A stretch of 64,000 bases of DNA. It comes from Saccostrea cucullata (Eukaryota). Of the stretch, positions 14,232 through 25,694 are shown piece by piece. The stretch lies in NCBI RefSeq assembly GCF_032062105.1, contig NW_026938421.1, positions 248,001 to 312,000 on the forward strand, written 5' to 3'. A program made the translations under genes and the position numbers. The notes below the pieces were generated by a model. The model saw only the letters and a program-made list of their open reading frames with translations. It searched no databases and had not been told where the DNA came from. Positions within the stretch are counted from its first letter, which is position 1. Each line of letters opens with the position of its first letter.

Positions 14232-15512
14232 TCAAATCATACGATCCTGCGAAGGCACAGAACCAGCTGTGGAGTTGAAATACAACTTTAGATACTCCCG
14301 TAGTTTCTTTGCTGCTGTGCTATCTCGATTGGGGCCCACAGCATTCTCCACATCATGCATATTTGTCGTATCCCGCCATGAACCAGGGATTATTTGGTGG
14401 TCTGCGTTTTCTACGTGTATGTCAGGGTTTTGGAGTGCAGGGTAGTGCATACGCATCAAAATGTTTCGACGATTATAGCGATTGTTTCGGGTTCTTGTTG
14501 CATTGTTGTAAATAGAATCTGCCAGCTCTGCGCCATGATTCCAAACGCATTCTCAACAATACGTCGACTCCTCGACACTCGGTAATTAAAAATTCTTTGC
14601 TCTTTTGTCATTTGGCGCTGTGAATATGGCTTCATGAGGTATGTGCAAAGCCCGAAAGCATCGTCACCCAGAATGAAGTACGATGTTGGTATTTCATCAT
14701 TCGGAAGTGGGTCTGCAGCAGGAAATCCAATGCTGCTGTCCTCTAAACATTCCTTCAGCTCGGACGCGTTGAAAATCTGAGAATCGGACATGTGTCCATA
14801 TCCACCTACATCAATCCACAAGAATTTATAGTCTGCATCAACAAGGCCCATGAGCATGATTGAGAAAAAACCTTTATAGTTATAATACAAACTACCGCTG
14901 TTGCGAGGACGTCTACAAGCAATGTGCTTTCCATCAAGTGCGCCACATGCATGGGGCATGTTCCATTTGCGACAAAACTCTGCAGAAATTTCACGCCATT
15001 CTACTTGAGTGATTGGACATTGAAGACACTCGTCCTTATACTCATTTATGATGGCCTGACATACTTCACGAACGCATAGAGAAATTGTGTTGTGGGGTAC
15101 TCTGAAGTCAAATTTCATGCTTGCATATCTTTCCCCGGTCGCAAGGTGGCGTAAAATCATAGCAAGTTTCAAACCTGGTTCGATTGCTTTACGATAATTA
15201 GTGTCTTAATTGCTTGGTAATATATGGTCGCAATCTTGCAAGGAGCTCATCAAACATAGCAGGCGGCAAACGGAGAAAATTTATAAAACTTGCAGGATCT
15301 TCGTTCCGTAACTCAGGCATTAGTCGATGAAAGTGACCGTAATCAAGCCTTCTGTTGACGCCCAGCCACAGCCGTACCCAGACTCTCCTACGCCTTTTGG
15401 CTCTCCTCAGTCTTCGTCTTTGGACAATAAATAAAGCGTCTTCTTCTTCTTGAGCTTGTTGCACGTGTATCAATGCAAGGAGCATTCCTGTTTGTCGTTG
15501 TGCAGCAGCCAT
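14232..15512 (-). pseudogene. Harbinger (HARBI1-like, DDE_Tnp_4) transposase with two frameshifts
   Basis: GALDGKHI, YYNYKGFFSI, ILGDDAF and SRSRRIVENAFG motifs; frameshifts near 15205 and near 14458, where the usual C.LHN motif is missing. Confidence 0.92.
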
Positions 15513-16407
15513 TGCTGCTGTTTTTGTAAAGTGGCTGACAACGATTTAACAACGCCGTGAAAGCGCATTGTGATCGCCAACGGACGCTGTAGAAACGCCA
15601 CGGGAGCGCAGTGATCGCAGTGACAACGCCGTGTTGTCGCATTGAAATCGCAGTCGAGAAAATCACAAGACGATAAATTTCATTAGAAGCGCCGTAAAAA
15701 CGCGATAGAAACGCAGTGACATCTCCAAGGACTCCGTGGGGTCTCCGTAGGGTCTCAGTGGAAGCGCAGTCTACTATCACTGCGTTCATGCCGCGATCAT
15801 GTGCGTCTTCACGGCGTTCGTACGCAGCTCCCACTACGTTGTTGGAGATCCTACCGCGCTGCTACGGCGATCATACAACGTTTCTACTGCGTTCTTATCA
15901 GACGGCGATCACACGGCGTGTACTTTGTGCATGCCCAAAGTGATCGCCGTCCCCTGGCGTTCCAGGAGACCCTACGCGACCCTACGGCGTTTAGTGGAGA
16001 TCTCGTCGCGTTGTCACGGCGCTGTAGGAGACTCTACTGCGATCACCTCGGCGTTTTGCAATTTTTGAGGACGCCGTGCAGTCGCCGTGAGGACGCAGCC
16101 CCGGTGTGACAGGGGTTTTAGGAGAAGGTTTTTCTTTGGCGCTTACACGTGTCGGTGATGAAAACCTTACTCTTGAAGGTTTTCTCATAGTAATACCAGA
16201 CGACAAATAGTCATCATCATCTGTTGGCCAATGCTTTGTCTATAACTAGGATTACCGATATTTTCTTTAGGCCTTGCACCCGAAAAAATGTCTGAGGTAG
16301 GGTGATGCCTCTCTACTTTAGGAGTTTCATGCAACAAAGATGAACTTTTTCTTGAAAACACTAACGGTCGCGCCGTCTCCATTCCCGAGTCAAATGATCT
16401 CGACCCT

Positions 16408-17319
16408 ATTGTCTAATAATAGCGAGCGCAGCGAGCGTCGCGAAGCGAGCTCAATAGACTAACGTGTATGATCAGAGGAAATTCGGATTTCTGTACATAC
16501 GTCAGGCAAATTTCTCTGTGAAACATTCCCAGAATTCCTGCACTACCCAATGTCCTTTGCGCAAATAAATAAATAAATAATAACGTAAAGTATAAAAGGC
16601 ATTCAGTTTGTAGAAAAATTTTCAAAGAAACAAAAAAAACTCTGCAATGTTTCTCGACCAAAATTGCACAAGGTCTATAGTTGCAACCAGGCGCTCGGCT
16701 GTCTCCGTAAGCTCCGACGAGCTCCGTGACGACGTGTGACGTCACAGCTGGTCGAGATGTCTCGTTGCGGCTTGATGTTCGAAGTGGCTGATCAATTTTT
16801 CAAGAAATTTCAAGTGTTTTTGATGGTACAACTGCGCTTAGATAGAACGTTCTATCGTTAAAATGATATTGTCCTACGGACCCGGTTTAACGATAGAATT
16901 CGTTCCGTGTATTCGTAATGTAGCAAAAGAAACATGGGCGATAACTCGTACTCACTATAACTCAGTGCATTTACTACGAACAATCTAGAGAGTTCCGAAT
17001 GTAAACATGGCAGGTAAATTTGAAGCGAGAGAAAAACGTTGAGAAAATTAATTAGATTTTCGTCTTTAGATGGATTATTTTCTGGGATAAAAGGCATAAG
17101 CAATCTCAAAAAGGTTTGTTTTGATTAATTTGGTAGTTATTTCCAGTGCAAATCCTTTTATATTCTTCAAAATCATTTTGGTGCGGATCTGCTCCAATTT
17201 GCTACATTGCAAGTACATGGGACGTATTCTAACTGTGGTGAGGGCTTGTACCGAGACACAGTTAGATCATTCTAACTAAACTGCGCTCGCCCCAATGGTC
17301 ACACCGTAAAACATATTAG
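16408..17319 (+). mobile_element. Helentron-like non-autonomous element inserted in the 5' LTR remnant
   Basis: 897-bp segment (16423-17319) absent from the 3' LTR; subterminal IR GCGAGCGCAG / CTGCGCTCGC followed by a short imperfect hairpin ATGGT-CAC-ACCGT; exact left boundary ambiguous. Confidence 0.7.
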
Positions 17320-17708
17320 TTAGATACTAAGAAATATAGAGTTTTAACTCCCCCCAATCTTCCTAACTCAAGTACCGATGTACATACAATCAACCTAACT
17401 ACGTCTGCATAAACTTAAATACGTCTGCCTATCTAAACAGCCTTCTTTGTTCTGCTCAAACCGCGTGCTCGGCACTCCCCACATCCACTTAGACCCCAGG
17501 TGTTACAAGCCCCCTTGGGATAATATTTACAATTCTAATGTCTTTTCCCCAGATAAAATTACAAATAGTTAATGTACTTTATTTCTACATAAATGTACTA
17601 GTTCTTCAATAGGCGCGGTTAAAAAAATCACGTGCAGGGCGGGACAAATAGCTAGACAGAAGCAGGGCTTGTAGAACGTGGATTGACGAAATCTAGAGCA
17701 TGTAAATA

Positions 17709-17869
17709 TAAGGAATAACTGTCTTATTTTTTCGATTTCTTGATGTGATCAATCGATTGGCTTGCGTGATAATTTTATGCATAAACGTCTTCCGCGTTTA
17801 TGCAAATTATCACGCAAGCCAATCGATTGATCACATCATGAAATTGAAAAATAAGACAGTTATTCCTTA
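17709..17869. mobile_element. Near-perfect palindromic non-autonomous element (Crypton-like)
   Basis: TAAGGAATAACTGTCTTATTTTT...AAAAATAAGACAGTTATTCCTTA with ~75-bp arms and a short central loop; superfamily assignment is from recollection of similar oyster repeats. Confidence 0.7.
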
Positions 17870-17879
17870 AATGAAATTA

Positions 17880-18060
17880 TAAGGAATCATTGCCTAGTTT
17901 GTTGGGTATGCCAGGGACATATGATCAACGATATAGTTGGAAACGTAAGATAATTTATTCATACCAGGCTTTGCCCGTTATGCAAATTATCCCACGTTTC
18001 CAACCCAACCATTGTTGATGCCCTGGCATACCTAGCAAACTAGATGGTGTGATATCTTAA
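17880..18060. mobile_element. Second, more diverged palindromic element adjacent to the first
   Basis: Starts TAAGGAATCA; arms CTAGTTTGTTGGGTATGCCAGGG / CCCTGGCATACCTAGCAAACTAG. Confidence 0.6.
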
Positions 18061-18382
18061 ATATCCACAACCTTTAAACGTGATCATGACTGCGAGATTG
18101 TAGTACGACATAATGATTTATAGCTGTATAGTATTAATGTTTTTAGCCTCTAAATTCATTTCAAGAGACTGCACAGAAAAGTACAAAATACAATTCTGAC
18201 ATTTTTTATCTCACTATCTAAAATAATAAGATATAAGTCTCAATGTTTTTTAATAACAATATGAGTAATAAAATACAGGTCATATAAGCAATACTTTTTA
18301 AAATAGTAAAATCAACAATAAACAAAAGAAGTCAAAAAATAATTCCAGAATGCATAAAGTTATGTACAGTTCATAAGCATTA

Positions 18383-18540
18383 CAGTAAAACTCGTTTATT
18401 ACGAACACGAATATAGCGAAGTTATTTTAGATCCCTAGCTATATGAATTTAATGAATTCCTTACACGGATATAAGGAATTACGGATATAGCGAAGTAATT
18501 TCTCTGGTCCCTGTGACTTCGTTATAACTGAGTTTTACTG
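18383..18540. mobile_element. Tc1/mariner-type MITE
   Basis: TA-CAGTAAAACTC ... GAGTTTTACTG termini with repeated internal CACGGATATA(G/A)CGAA motifs; the right-hand TA is mutated. Confidence 0.7.
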
Positions 18541-18950
18541 AAGTAATATAAATTTTGTAATTTATAAATAATACACATAATGGAAGATATGGAGATAATG
18601 GTAAAAAAGTCTTCTAAATCAGAGAGTTGAAACAGTCAAATCCGCGACGATTGAGTAGTGTTTCCAAACAAAACCCCAAAGACAGGAACATTCTTCAATG
18701 AATCAAGAAAATAAATTGAAATTCAACATTGCTCAGAAGAGTGAAGAACCGAAAAACTTAAGAGGGATATTCATACGCCAATCATACCGGTGTTACTGTG
18801 TTATTCGGTTGTCCAGCGGATACAGACAATTTCAAGATTGCCGCTAAATATAAAAAGTTTACTGTTGCATGTATTTTTGGATTAAAAATACTCAACTAAA
18901 GCATTAGCTCTAAATAAGTATTTCAAGCCCCTGTGTAATCTTGCTTTGCT

Positions 18951-19431
18951 TCATAATTCCATGTGTCCATAATGTTTTGTCAGCTTGCGTTGACATGGAA
19001 GATCATTTTTTCTATAATGATCCACAAGTTCTGAAAGTCGCTCAAAGTAGGTTTTCTCTTCAAGATAAATTTTGTCTTCTTCCTAGAATGACAAATTGTT
19101 TTTTTGTAATTAAAAGAAACAAGATGTTTTTGTGAAACACTGATGCCCCCGTATGGCAATATGGCAAAGATTAAACTTTTCTCAAGTGCAAATTTTTAAA
19201 TATATTGAATATAATATATTAAATAATCATATTGGTACAAAAAGTAGGGTATTCTCACTGGAAATACAATTCTCAAATATGAAAGTAGGCCAAGGTTAAA
19301 GTTTTTTCATAAGTACGGAAATCTTCAAGGTTAAGGTAATCCAATGCAAGGTCTTGCCACAAAAAATACATACGTAAATTATGGAAGCCTTAGCCCTCGT
19401 TTAGAACTTATAGCCAAGCTTAAAAAAATTT

Positions 19432-19462
<31 letters not shown>

Positions 19463-22400
19463 AATTTGCTATCAAATGAAAGGTCTTGTCACAAGGATTA
19501 AATATGTAAAGTATGAAAGCACTAGCCCTAACCCTTTAAAAGTAGTGGTCAAGGTTTGCTTTTTAAAGAAGGTCAAATGTCAAGGTCAAAGGGTCAAAGT
19601 TCTTGGCATCCAATGAAGGGACTTCTCACAAGGGTTACATATATGAAGTATGAAATTACTAGCCTTTACCGTTCAAAAGTTATGGCCAAGGTTTAAGTTT
19701 TTTCTTGAGTACGGAAATCTCCAAGGTCAAGATCATAATGTCAAAATTGTTGGTATCCATTAAATGGTCTTTTCTTCACAAGGAATACATGTATGAAGTA
19801 TAAAAGTCCTAGTGTCTACTGTTCAAAAGATATGGCCAAAGTAAAAGTTTGGAATTTTTGTGTAAAAGTGGGTCAAACTCCAAGGTCAAGGTCAAAAGGA
19901 CAAATTTGGTGGTACCCAAAGAAAGGTCTTGTCACAAGGAATACACATGTGAATATGAAAGTCATAGCTCCACTAAATCAAAAGTAATGGGCAAGGTTAA
20001 AGTTTTTGCGGACAAACAGACAAACAGAGAGACAGACTGACAGACAGACGGACGGGCGCGACAAAAACTATTTACCCCGAAACTTCATTTACGGGGGCAT
20101 AAATACTTCGTTTACGGGGGCATAAAAATATCGACTGTATCAGCTTTAAGTTTAAAATGGTACTTCCAGTTCCAGTACACGACCACTGTGGCACAGAGGT
20201 CGTGTACTGGAACTGGAAGTACGCGAAGTATGTCTACTCCATACACTGAAATACTATTTCTATAAACTTTATATAAAGAAAAAAATCAAATTGGTTCTAA
20301 AGAACTGCGAATGATAGTATTGTTCTCCCGCCTACCTCTAAGTCAATTTTCAAAAGTTAACATATTAGATGAATTTTTAATGTATTTTATAGAAAATTAT
20401 ATGGATTTTCATAAAATATTACTTATTTGGAAAAACAAAGAGAGATAACTTTAAAATTTTGGAAAATACTGTGTTTTTCACTATAGAAATCAACGGAAAA
20501 CGGAAAATATTTTTAAAACATCTTTCCCCCCAGTGTCACAAAAATTCCTTTTTACAGGTAATATGGAATGTTATTTCACAAATTCATACCAAAGCTTTTT
20601 GTGTGACACTGGGGGGAGGGGGGGCATTATGTTTATTGACAAAAAACGATAAAACTGCTTATTTTTCACCAATTTCAAAGCGATTTACAACTGAAACATT
20701 ATATTTTATTAATATATTTATGTTTTATTTATTTGCCAAAGACATAAGAAAAGATATAAAGAACATTTAATCATATCCAAGACTATTTCAAAATATGGTG
20801 ATGCTTGAAACTCCGATTTCAATGGAAAATATCGTCTACCCCCCTTTTTTCAAGAGCTGGAATTATGGATAATTTACTGTTTAGCCCTGGTATTAAGACA
20901 ATACATCAATTAGCATTGAACTGTTCTTTGTATTAAACAAAGATTTTATGGCCAAATTGCTATTTCTATTAAATTAAATGGTTCCAGAATGTAGGCGGGA
21001 ATCGAGAGTTAGCGTGCGTATTTCTTTTCCGCATTTGGTCAAATTAATATATTTTGGTAATTTTAAAGCTGTAGATTGTCATCTTTATCAGAAAATGTCA
21101 AAATTTGCGATTTGCTAGAAACAAGCATGCAACAGTATCCCCACCCCAACCAATAAAACGCACATGAACAGAAACAAATAATATGCATATTAATTACAAC
21201 ATGAAAATGATTGTGATTTAAAGTGACCCCATCGTCTCAAGCCACGGTCCGGAGTCCGCATATAGCTCTCTCCTACAGAATGGGAGAAGATCGTACATTT
21301 TGGTCGCAAACGACGATGAAGTGCCGCATACCTTTTTGTATATCCTGTATTGTAATTCACCAGCAGGACCTGAGACAACCAATACCTACAGGCAAAAATA
21401 GGTATTGAATAAAATAAATAAATTACTTTATAACTATTTTAAAAATCCATTCCTTAATTACCCTATTTATATTGCAATTTACGTGTATCTGTTTTTGTTT
21501 GTATGCTACTGCACTGACCAGTGCAACTGTTATAAGTTTCTTGGTTTCTTACTCTCCTGGAATAAGCGCTAACTGTTACTTTTGTTGCTACCCAGTGTGT
21601 ACATTAGTGATATAGCATACATGAAAGTCCGTCTACACAGGCACTGAACAATGACTAAGTGAACACCTTATATAGAGATCCTCAGATATAACGATTGAAT
21701 AGAGGAATATGGCGGACGAATTCCTTCTACGAATCGATTCCAGCTTTACTGATCGAAGAGCAAAAAGGACTATGAACAAAACTCTTTTCGGACTTAATTT
21801 GTGTACGCCGTATTAAAACATAATCAAATACCAGGTATCTTTGTGCACAGAAATTTAATCGCATGTGCCACTTTTAAGTCCAGTTGGTTGTCTGTCAATT
21901 ACATAACTTAAATTAGACTTGTTACATACTTACAAACATGACTTTATCGCCACCCGTATTAGACTTCCGAATGAGAAATGTTCCAACAGCTTCATCTTTT
22001 ATTGCACTATAACAAATTTAAAGATTATCTAAATATTGATTTCAAATCTCTCTCCTCCTCCTCCTTCTCTCTCTCTCTCTTACCTTTTAGCCTCTGGAGA
22101 ATTCCCTTCAAAGAGAGGCAAGTCAGCCACCTGAAAAATTGAGATTTCCCATAAAAAATAATATAATTCAATCACGGAATTATTAATGAAAGGATATTTA
22201 CCTCAGCCTTAGGACTGAGATACGAATCCGGGCGCGATATTTCGTCTCTTTCATTTACGGGAACGGCTGGTTGGGGTCTAGCTTTATATGACTCAGACAC
22301 AGACCGAGCTAGTTTACCCGGTTTAGCGGTCGGTGGCTCGGGCTTCGTGGTTGGTGGCTCCATTAGAATGTCGTCATAGTTATCAGATGGCGAGTCGTCA

Positions 22401-25400
22401 GAATCATTGCTCACCGAGTCGTTAGAACTACTCTTTGGTGTCATGGGACGAGCTGGCAAACTTTTGGTTCTGTTTATTGATGGTATTGCTGAAAAGATGG
22501 TCGTTTCATGTAAGTCTAGTAAAAAGCTCTTAAGAGTATTACCGGTATATAATGTATGTATATGGTACTGAGTATTTTAGAATTATAAAGACAAATATCA
22601 AATAAACTTTACGTGGCAACTTAGAGTAGCGTTTTTTGGCGGTTTTCGGTGAGTCCTTAGGGAGGTCTTTCAGGAAGTCTTCTGGCATCTCATCTATGTA
22701 GCTGTAACGATTAGGATCAGTCCCTTTCCCGAAAATATCCACCTTCCAACCATCTTTCGTTCTAGAAGTAAAATAGCTTTCAATGAATTGTTAAAAACAC
22801 ACGTGCATATTGTGAACACAACATTTCTGGGTTCTTTTTAATTCTATCACAGTCACTTACATTTCAGTTGGCAATGTCAAGTTGTTTGCAACATGTAAAG
22901 CCTTGTATATAGCGATAAGCCACCCCTGCAAAAAAGGGAGTACCCAACATTAAAGAGACGAGTATAATTTATTTGAGAACGATCCAGATCAAAAAATGAG
23001 AAATATTTGTAAGATGTAAGTTTGCCATCACGTATTGTTTCGATTCTGGAAGTCTTGGATAAGTGGAGGTTGGTATAAAAAATTAAAAGAATGAAACGTT
23101 TGTAGACATGTTACTACATGAAACTTTTTTTTTCAATCTTAACGACAGAGGAACGATATCAATCTGAAATGCAAACATGAACCAGAAATCTCTCACGAGA
23201 CTGTAGCTCTGCTGTGTGTGTGTGTGTGTAATCATATGAATTGTGGTCCCCCGCTTTCGGTTCTTTGTGGGTGAGATGTTATTTTTATGACATACCGGTA
23301 TTGTGTCTAATATGAACACCCTATCATATGTCATTTATTTAGAAATCATCATTGAAGTTCATTTTTTTTAAATAATCGTGAAGGTCAAGGTCAAGGGGTA
23401 AGAAATCATAACATGCTCAGAATCATCTTGTCACAGGTAATGCACATGTCATATATGAAAGCCCTATCTCTTCTCAATATAAGAAATAAGATGTGTTTAT
23501 GAAACACTGATGACCCCGAACGGCAATATACATGTAACCAAGATTAAAATTTTCTTAAATGCAAATTAAATATATTATTACCCAAAGTAGGGTTTTTCTC
23601 ACAACAAATACAATTGTGAACTACAATATCTCCAGAACCACCTGTTCAAAAGCTATAGTCGAGGATAAATATTTGAAAAGTAGGTCAAACTCCAAGGTGA
23701 AAGGGTCTGAGTTGTTGGTTTCTTAAGAAAGGTCTTGTCACAAGTAATACATATGTGAAGGATGAAAACCCTAACCCTTACCGTTCAAATGTTATGTAAA
23801 GGTTTAAGTTTTTCATAAGTAAGTAAATCTCCAAGGTCAAGAGGTCAAAATTGTTGGTATCCAATGAAAGGTCTTGCCACAAAGAATACATATGTGAAAT
23901 ATGAAAGTCCTAGTATCTACCGTTTAAAAGTTGTGACCAAGGTTAAAGTTTTTAAAAAATAGTTCAAACTCCAAGATCAAGGTCAAAGGGTAAAAGTTCT
24001 TGGTGTCCAATGAAGGGTCTTCTCACAAGAATTACACATGTGAAGTACAAAAGCCCTAGCCCTTACCGTTCAAAAGTTATGGTCAAGGTTAAAGTTTTTA
24101 CATAAGTACATAAATCTCCAAGGTCAAAAGATTAAAATTGTTGGTATCCAATGAAAGGTGTTGTCACAAAGAATATATATGTGAAATATGAAAGTCCTAG
24201 TACCTGCCATTCAAAAGCTATGGCCAAAGTAAAAGTTTGGAATTTTTGTGTGAAAGTCAAACTCCAAGGGCAAAAGGTCAAATTTGGTGGTACCCAAGAA
24301 AGGTCTTGTCACAAGGAACACACATGTGAAATATGAAAGTCATAGCTCCACTAAATTAAAAGTTATGGGCAAGGTTAAAGTTTTGTGAGGACAGTCGGAG
24401 AGGCGAATGCGAAAGCGGGGGACAAAAAAGCAGCATTTGGTCTTAAACTTGTAGGTATGGAAACATTAATAAATAAATATTTTGATTATACGCTATTCAA
24501 TCTGGCAGAATAAGTAAATAAATGTTGATTATGGTAATGTGTATACATAATGATATATTAAGAATAGATTAAAAAATGACTGAAGTTTGACTGGCCTGTC
24601 GCGTTTGGTTGTCAGAGGCAGAAAAGCAGTGCTCCTTCAGGAATTCCTCATGACCGGACCTAGGGATAACCTTAAAACAATTCTCCATATCTGCTCGGGT
24701 AAAGCATTCTAATCTAAAAATAGATTATTATAATGAATTGCCGAGAGTTTTTTCACAATTTTGTTTTGTTTTTAATTTAAAGTTTAGTATAATTTTTGCT
24801 GAACTTCTATTCTTCGGAAACATCTCAAACATTACTCGGATTAAAGATGTTCATATTTAATTTTTTGCAAAAAGACTAATATTTAATAGGACTGGAATTC
24901 TTTGCAATGATTATTAATATTCTACACTTTGTACACGATATCAGTTTACTAAATGGGTAACGTTATAATACCTACCGACAATAGTTCTCAAATGAGAACG
25001 CCGTTTTTGATTGTGTAGATTGGTCATTATCGAAAACATAACAACACCCATTTCTTAAGACGACAAAGAATTGTCTCCCTGTAATAAAACATCGAATTTT
25101 GATCTAAGTATGTATATGCAAAAATGTTTTAAGGTTCTTTTTAATAGCTACTATATAACTACAGATATGGATTATTTCGATGAGATTTCATATCCTTACC
25201 ACAAAGAAAATTTTCCTTCAATCTTTTAAAAAAAAAAATCGGTGAACGGATGTAAATCTAAAATATTAATGTTTAACTTTGATCTATAAATGATTTCAGC
25301 CTATGATTAACGAGAGTATAAAAGAACAGTCGAAATGAGTTGAACATTAACACTTACACTTAACAAACTTGCTGAGCAGGGTCCTCTCTAACCCTCCCTC

Positions 25401-25694
25401 TTTTCTGAGATGTCCACATTTGTCAAATTCTAGTTTCAGGATATCTTGAGCACCTGTCAAAAATATCTTACTTATGTAAATTAGGTGTATAAATATTTTT
25501 GACCTTTTATCTTCATCTTACAGTTTGAGTATTACGAATACCGTTTTCGATGCAAGAATTACCTCACTTGTCAAGGAAACCATTCACATCCAACGATTCA
25601 ATTTTACATAAGAAAAATCAGCAAAAAATAAAAGTCACTCTTTCTTACCTATTGATTTCAAAGGCGTTTTCTGGACAAAACCAGGGCGGTCCAT
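18951..25694 (-). CDS. SH3BP2: SH3 domain-binding protein 2-like adaptor (N-terminal PH, Pro/Ser-rich linker, C-terminal SH2), ~389 aa
   Basis: Phase-consistent exons 25649-25694, 25358-25453, 24976-25078, 24596-24713, 22861-22925, 22613-22761, 22202-22488, 22084-22130, 21934-22006, 21332-21385, 18951-19082 (1170 nt). PLKSIGAQDIL...GHLRKEGG...KWRQFFVVLRNGCCYVF...AFSFENYCR resembles the SH3BP2 PH start; GTFLIRKS...VLVV...YRIYKK...IYL...LVDHY...LP resembles its SH2. Confidence 0.85.
19118..20128 (-). mobile_element. Helentron-like element with ~140-150-bp tandem repeats (family D, copy 1)
   Basis: Subterminal IR ATGCCCCCG / CGGGGGCAT, (GACA)n microsatellite near 20010-20055, AAGGTCA-rich tandem units; right terminus locally duplicated. 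Confidence 0.75.
23484..24429 (-). mobile_element. Helentron-like element, family D copy 2
   Basis: Same left end (AAGATGT.TTT.TGAAACACTGATG.CCCCG) and same repeat units as 19118-20128; unit markers near 23730, 23869, 24014, 24156, 24301. Confidence 0.75.

Larger units (their letters stand above)
11946..16117. mobile_element. PIF/Harbinger DNA transposon, full length with two convergent genes, both now disrupted
   Basis: TTA target duplication (11943-11945, 16118-16120); 15-bp TIR AGGCCCTGTCACACC / GGTGTGACAGGGGTT with a perfect 12-bp core; encodes a DDE transposase and a MADF/Myb-SANT-like protein. Confidence 0.95.
11461..16400 (-). pseudogene. Gypsy gag, split by the Harbinger insertion
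   Basis: ORF 11480-11926 (KPATYDG...W..Y..HFE; RRQKPGETL..L...IRRLA) is gag-like; removing 11946-16120 restores the in-frame join SAKEKPSPK-AATVALKPATYDG. Confidence 0.85.
6394..17521 (-). mobile_element. Decayed Ty3/Gypsy LTR retrotransposon carrying nested Harbinger and Helentron-like insertions
   Basis: Minus-strand gag, CCHC knuckle, protease, RT, RNase H and integrase in Gypsy order; 3' LTR 6394-7276 with adjacent PPT; partial second LTR copy at 16403-16422 + 17320-17521. Confidence 0.92.
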
